DNA from: Paramecium tetraurelia
Lineage: Eukaryota
DNA length: 64,000 bases
Assembly: GCA_000165425.1 (NCBI GenBank)
Contig: CT867987.1
Span: 62,001 to 126,000, forward strand
Direction: 5' to 3'
Positions 57,804-64,000 of the stretch are shown here, piece by piece. The translations under genes and the position numbers were made by a program. The notes under the pieces were generated by a model. That model searched no databases. It was not told where the DNA came from and saw only the letters and a program-made list of their open reading frames with translations. Positions within the stretch are counted from its first letter, which is position 1. Each line of letters begins with the position of its first letter.

Positions 57804-58445
57804 TCAAACTTCTAAACGCTTTTCTGAAACGTAGATTCCGTCTAAGAATTATCTGATATCTTTATTTTTAACTGCACAGGCTTAATGAATTAATGCGCAT
57901 GTTAATGATACGTTATTAAGGTCATTTCCGGTGAGGGTTAAAACATCTAATATTTAAATTATTTAGATTACTCTTTTCTTCAGCTTCATTTCTAGTGATC
58001 ACTACTCCTGGTAAACATTTGATTGTTCTAACTATTTTTTCTCCCAAGAAGTTCTTTATTTCAACTCCTGCTCCCTTTTCTAATAAATTGATGATGATTG
58101 GAAAGTGAGCATATGCTAAAACCATTTTGAATTTATATCCTGAAGTAACACCTCTAATCATATTCTTTATTTAAGCAGCAACTGAGTTCACTTAACATCT
58201 TTGCTTTCTGTATGATTACCACATTCTAATGTTAACTCTAGATTTCTCCTTCTTTGTTTATTTGTTCAATTTCTTTTAAACTTAAATATCAATGGAAGCA
58301 TGTTTGAAATTTCTGTGCAAGATTCCTCTTGGTCCTGAAACCATTAACTAAAATCAGTACCTTTAACTTCGACTTTCTTTGAGTTTGCCTTGATTTCGAT
58401 CTTCTCAGGGATATCTACATGCTCTTCTGTAAGTATATATTTCAT
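57804..58445 (-). CDS. RPL9: 60S ribosomal protein L9 (uL6)
   Basis: [53 protein letters not shown]. Two introns. Confidence 0.96.
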
Positions 58446-58478
58446 ATCTTTTAATTAAAAAATTTAATAAATATATAT

Positions 58479-61400
58479 TCATTATTAAAGTGATATGCCA
58501 TACTCACTTGATTCTTCACATTATCTTGATTTGAATTACACTACAACCCATCTATCTTTCTAATCTATCTATTACAATAAGTATTATTCATAAAGTTCTA
58601 TATATTATTGATTAAATATTTGCTTGATCATTTAAACTGAAAATTGATAATCGTGAGGAAAGTGTAGATAGATTCTAAGATTCTCATTTGTGCAATCCTC
58701 GCTAATTATTTACCTGTAGTCAAATTTTCTCTCAGTTCTATTCAAATGAATTATGCCTTGATATCCTAATTACACTTAAAGTGCCTGCCAGATAATATTT
58801 ATCTTAGATACTGTGACTCCAGCCTTATCAATTTGAATGCTGTTGTCATCAATTTCCAATTCAAAATCAGAAAACTCTTGGTTACTGAATGATAATTAGA
58901 AATATGACATTAATAGGTTTTCAGGCAACTTAATTAAAGTATTAGTCACTTTTTTCCCTTAAAATATGGTTATGATTTTGTCTAAATTAATAATTTACTT
59001 CTCTTAACTGCTAAAACAGATTTTATTATTATTTCCAAAACTAGTATAGAGTTGTTGGGGATTGATGAGTTCCTTGATCAACTTAAATACAGTGTTGAAT
59101 TCCTTTTTGTATCCTTAAGCTAAACCGATTAAATACCAGGTGTCATCATTCAAATGATAAGATTTTTGAGTCTAAAATATACTCAATAATTACATTACAT
59201 TAAATACAGGTATAAGTCTTAGATCTGCTATCCAAATGCGAACAATCTTCATCTGATATTTGTAATAAAGTTTTGGCTTTCTTATTCTTATTCAACAGAG
59301 GCTCCTCATTTTTCCCTAGAGCTTTATTTTCATCGCTTTTTTCTGCGTTGTTCCTCGCTTAATGTTTGAGATCTGGTTCTTCAATTTCATTAGCTTTTGA
59401 CATTTCCTTCTAAGTAGTCTTTTTATTTTAAGGTTTAACAAGTGAATCACTACTATTTACATTATTCTATTTATTAGCCGCTAATGCTTATACTTTATAT
59501 TACGATTATTTATTCTACTATTAATCTTAATCTTATTGTTATTATTATTATTATTCTTATTATTCTTATTATTACTATTGTTATTATTATTATTCTTCAT
59601 TTTGTTATTAATTTTAATTGTTTGTCTATTCATCACCTTCTTCATTCTTCTTTTTCTTCTTTTAATTCTGATTTTTCTTTTATTTCTTAGGACTCTTTAA
59701 TCCCATTTATTTCAACTTCTCATCTGATAATTTTTTATTTCTTTTCTATCTTCCTTATTCTTTTAAAGAATTAGCAAATGCAAGGCCAGAACTTTCCATT
59801 TCATCTTTATCCTCTGGTTTGCCTTTTCTAGAATAATCATCGAAATCTCTAGTTGTATCTCTATTTGTATCTCTAATCCTTGGTACTCCATTGATATTTC
59901 CTGGATGATATTTTGGATCTTGCATAGCTTTTTCTTCCCTACTTCTTTTATCATTAATATTCCTGGTTTAAGAATACTAATCTAGATCATGATAAATATG
60001 GAATTCTTCTATTCTAGGCTATGTGTCATCACCCTTCTAGTACTTAGTTTTCTTACCTATATCTCTTTTCGATCTGTTTAATTCTCTTCCAATTTTATCC
60101 TATTCTAAATCTTCATAATCCCCCAACTCGTACCTTCTACCATGCGGCCTTCTCGGCCCTCTTGAATTATAGTCATCATATCCTCCTCTTCTTCCGTATT
60201 TATTTCTTCTTCCTTTATCATAACCATCATGTCCTCTAAAATGTTCGTAATCATCATAATCATTATATCCTCTGCCTTCATAATCCCCATGCCTTCTTCC
60301 ACCATAATGACTTTATCTTCTCCTATCGTATTCATCTGCATATGGCTATCTTCTTTCATAATACGGCGGATATTCATCTTCGTATTCAAATACATCTGGG
60401 ATTCCATCACCATCTCGATCTTCATAATAATCGTAATAGTCATCATATTCATCATAGTAATCTTCGTCATGCCAATCTCCTCTATGATTGTGTTGATATA
60501 CTTTTCCATCTCTGCCAGTTCTATAGGATCTATCATCATCAAAATCTGGAGGACGATGAAACTCATCAGGATACATCTATTAATAGTCTCCTCTTTCCTC
60601 CTATTACATTTTGTTGCCCTAAATTACTTTAAGAATAGGATTCTCATCAACATATTCATTATTGCCAAAATAATTTGATTTATCTGGATTAAAGTTAGGG
60701 ATCGATCTTGGATCATTGGGATCTAATCCTTACATTTGAAAAGGTTTCTTCCTGCCAAATTTACCAATGTCTCTTGGTGTTATAAAATCTTCGTCTGCAA
60801 ATTCATATGGCACAGTATCAGAACTCTTCCTTTACTTAGGCACTTCTCCTGGTTGAAATTCTTGTTGATCAATTGGAGCTTGATCTAAAGTTGAGGACTC
60901 CTGAAAAGGACGATATATGGAGGATTATTATTATGATTATTATTAGTGTCTTGTTCTGTATTCAGCATCTGAAATATTATCGTAATGCTGAGTTCTCTTC
61001 TTCCATTCATTGACCAATGAATGAAGATCCTCGGGTGTGATTTGATCTAGCAAGTCTTCTGGTGTGTTGCATGATTTCAATTTAGCATATGGACCCTAGC
61101 CAGGTAAATAAAATAAAGGGTTTTTCATTTATAAATACACCTATGATCTTTGTAAATGAGTTGAAGTGAAAACAATATTTCTGGGATCTTATGGGTTGTA
61201 ATCTGGATGATGAGGATCATAAAACCTAGGATCAATCAATCGACTAATTAAATATTCGATCTCTTCATCAGGTACATCCTCCCAATTTATCCAAGGTTCA
61301 TACTCTTAAGGTAGTGGATCTTCTTAAATAACCTAATCTGTCACTTCTGCATTATCTGCTGGTACTTCATTTCCGGCTTATTCTTACTCCTATTACTGAT

Positions 61401-63780
61401 CTTCGACAGGTTCAGCTTCCTTAATTTCTTCTCCACCTCCTCCTTCTTGAAGTGTTTCTTCTGGAGCAGCTTCTTACTATGTAGCTTCTTCTTATTGAAC
61501 ATTTCCATCTTCAATGGCACCTTCTTCAGGGGTTGTACCATCTGTGCCATCCTCCCCCTTGGCTTCAATGTTTTCTTCAGCTTTTGCTTCACCAACTGCT
61601 TCTTCAGGTATAGCTTCTCCAGCTACATCTTCTGGAACAGCTTCCCCTCCTCCTCCTCCTTCTTCTGGTGGTGCATCTCCAGCACCCTCTTCAGGTTGTA
61701 TTTCTGTAGCCCCTTCTTCTGGAGGACTCTCTAAATTTGCTTCTTCAGGAGGCACTATTTCTTCGTTGATTATTTCTTAAACAATTTCTTCATTGACAAT
61801 TTCTTGGATTGGTTCTTCTTAAGGAGGCTCGTACACTTAGTATGGATGTGGAGGCACTTCCCCTGTGTAATAACCTTGGTAATAGTATGGGGATCTTGTG
61901 TGATCTTGAACAGTGTGAATATTCGGATACTGAGGGTCATTGGGATAATGGAAGCTATCACGATTGATAAAGTGCTTTTGGTTTCTGTATTTGTGATAGA
62001 GTTATTATTATTTGTATTATTCAGCCTAAGTTTCATCGAAGTTAATGTTTATTGATTGCATTTAAACTGGGTCAAGAACAATGTTGATTGATTACATTTC
62101 AGCATCTCCTTGCACAATATTTATTGATTGGGCTACATCAGGTTATCTCTCGGTTGAATTCTGTTGGGCTCCTTGATTGTAATGAAAATAAGGGTCCTTA
62201 TTTATTTTTTTATTGCCATAGGTATTATACTTATCGTCTTCATTAATTGGATTGAAGATTTCGTGTGGAATAATAGGTTTATTTTAGTAGACCATTTCTT
62301 CTGGAGTGAGAGGAATATATTGATGGTCGTTTACATAAATATCATCTCTATGTTGAGGATTCATAAATTCATGAGGGATAAATCCACCGTTTTGAATGAT
62401 TTCTTCAATTGGATCGAAAGGTATTTATGGATTTCTAAATAATTCTCTAGGTCCAGGTTCAAATTAAATTTCTTATTCTGTTGCTATTTGCTCATCAATT
62501 TATTAATTATCTTCAACTTATTCTTAATCACCTTCTATTTATTCTTAATCTCCCTCTATTTATTCTTAATCACCTTCTATTTATTCTTAATCACCCTCTA
62601 TTTATTCTTAATCTCCTTCTATTTATTCTTAATCTCCCTCTATTTATTCTTAATCACCTTCTATTTATTCTTAATCACCCTCTATTTATTCTTAATCTCC
62701 TTCTATTTATTCTTAATCTCCCTCTATTTATTCTTAATCACCCCCTTAATCACCTTCTTATTATTCTAAATCACCTTCTTACTATTCTTAATCTGCTCCT
62801 TCCTATTATTCTTATTATTATTCTTCTGGTTATTCTACATTTTCTTCTCCTTGATGGGAAATGAAAAAATCATCTAATCTCATTGTATACTATTTAATTT
62901 TTTGCTTATTATGATCTTGAATTTCTTAGTCATTTAGGATATGCACTTAATTAACTGATCTTGTCTCAATTGGATTCAATTTATTATCAGTCTTAAATTT
63001 AGGTTCCTTTCTCAAAACAATTTGAAATTCGATTGGTACAGATATTTATTCTTGATGTTGAATCTGCTCATCCTCTAATTATTCTAGTTCTTGCAATTCT
63101 TCAACCAATTACTCAGCTTCCCCAATCTCTCCATTTCTTATGGGATCAAGGGAAATGTTGAGTTCTTCTAAAAACACTTCTTCAACTTCCATCTCCATAT
63201 TGGCTCTAATGCATACTTCGTAGAGTTTTTCGAGTGGAATAGGGATGGTTTCATCCATGATCATAGCCAATATATCTTTCAACCTTTAGACAACTCGAGT
63301 TCTGTTTGAACGCATTTCGTTTTTTAAGATTTGTAATAGAAAGTCTGGTTATTCTTCTGGATCTAATTCAATGAGATGCTCGATAATTTTGTTGTACAAC
63401 TTGTCATCATCCTGCCAACCAACTTTAAATACTGATTCTTCAGCCACTACTTATTTCATTTGTTATATTTTTTCTTCTAATTTTGATGCAGCATTAGGCG
63501 ATGGTGGATCTCTACTAGGATCCATTTTTAATTTAGTTGGGTACTCTCCCAAATGTGGAACAGGTTCTAAATCAGCAGCCACTCTGACTTCATGCTCTAA
63601 CTTATCATTGAAGGAGCTTGCCGTTTTAGCTGCTGCCAATAAATCATTGTCTGCCACTTGTGAGTCCATAAACCTTTGCATCCAAGGCGGATTGTATGTA
63701 GATATCCTGTCAGTTTGTATTAGTGATTAAATTACAAACTAAGCATGCACACAATACAACAGAGTTATAATTAAATACAT
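58479..63780 (-). CDS. Very large (about 1,700 aa) secreted low-complexity acidic protein
   Basis: Signal-peptide-like MYLIITLLYCVHA; helical N-domain; IEGDQEQ repeats; Glu/Gly/Pro-, Tyr/Asp/Arg- and Gln-rich blocks; globular C-terminus joined via short introns. Single-gene continuity partly inferred. Confidence 0.65.
62518..62748 (-). repeat. Coding tandem repeat, 21-nt unit, about 11 copies (IEGDQEQ)
   Basis: ttattcttaatc(a/t)cc(t/c)tctat units; variants fall at synonymous positions of the minus-strand frame. Confidence 0.92.
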
Positions 63781-63785
63781 TTAAT

Positions 63786-64000
63786 ATGAAATACATTATT
63801 TTGCTAGCTCTGTTATTCAATTTGAATCAATGCATTAGTTTCTATGCCAAAGAAGGAGTTGAAAAGTGCTTCTCAGATGAAGTGCCTAGTCAAACTGTAA
63901 GTCCCCATTATTCATCATTTAGATAGTAGTGATATATCATGAATTGATGTCAGAAGGTGTGGCCAAAAATGAAAAAAGAGGTATTCATTCGTTCTCCACT
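63786..64000 (+). CDS. p24/emp24/GOLD family cargo receptor (3' truncated by the window)
   Basis: Signal peptide MKYIILLALLFNLNQC, then ISFYAKEGVEKCFSDEVPSQT[intron]IVV, typical of the p24 GOLD N-terminus. Confidence 0.8.

Noticed and set aside
59484..62864. Numerous hydrophobic plus-strand ORFs (Ile/Leu/Phe-rich)
   Set aside because: Reverse-complement artefacts of the Gln/Glu/Asp-rich minus-strand gene.

Overview
AT-rich, gene-dense eukaryotic DNA that reads as a ciliate macronuclear chromosome segment, almost certainly Paramecium. Conserved proteins read through TAA/TAG as Gln, stop only at TGA (genetic code 6), and contain 22-31 nt GT..AG introns. The supplied standard-code ORF track is therefore fragmentary, and I re-translated the genes by eye. 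About 28 protein genes are supported. They include an ER PDI-like protein, an SLC38A9-like transporter, a CDPK7-like EF/PH kinase, SWR1, MON2, a ULK-like kinase with four EF-hands, RPL11/RPS24/RPL9, a pseudokinase, a TmcB-like PAS membrane protein, an SCP/CTD phosphatase, a CNBD K+ channel, a hybrid histidine kinase, ECT/PCYT2 and a p24 protein. Two large secreted repeat proteins are also present; one has about 35 x 12-aa His/acidic repeats and a C-terminal beta/gamma-crystallin domain. Several stretches look like decayed pseudogenes. The most unusual points are two extreme gene junctions (1 nt stop-to-ATG; 5 nt between divergent ATGs), candidate stop-less 3n introns, nested higher-order repeats and a small 8-Cys secreted protein. 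I found no convincing RNA gene, transposon, IES or CRISPR. Coordinates span start to stop including introns, and family calls are from motif recognition, not database searches.
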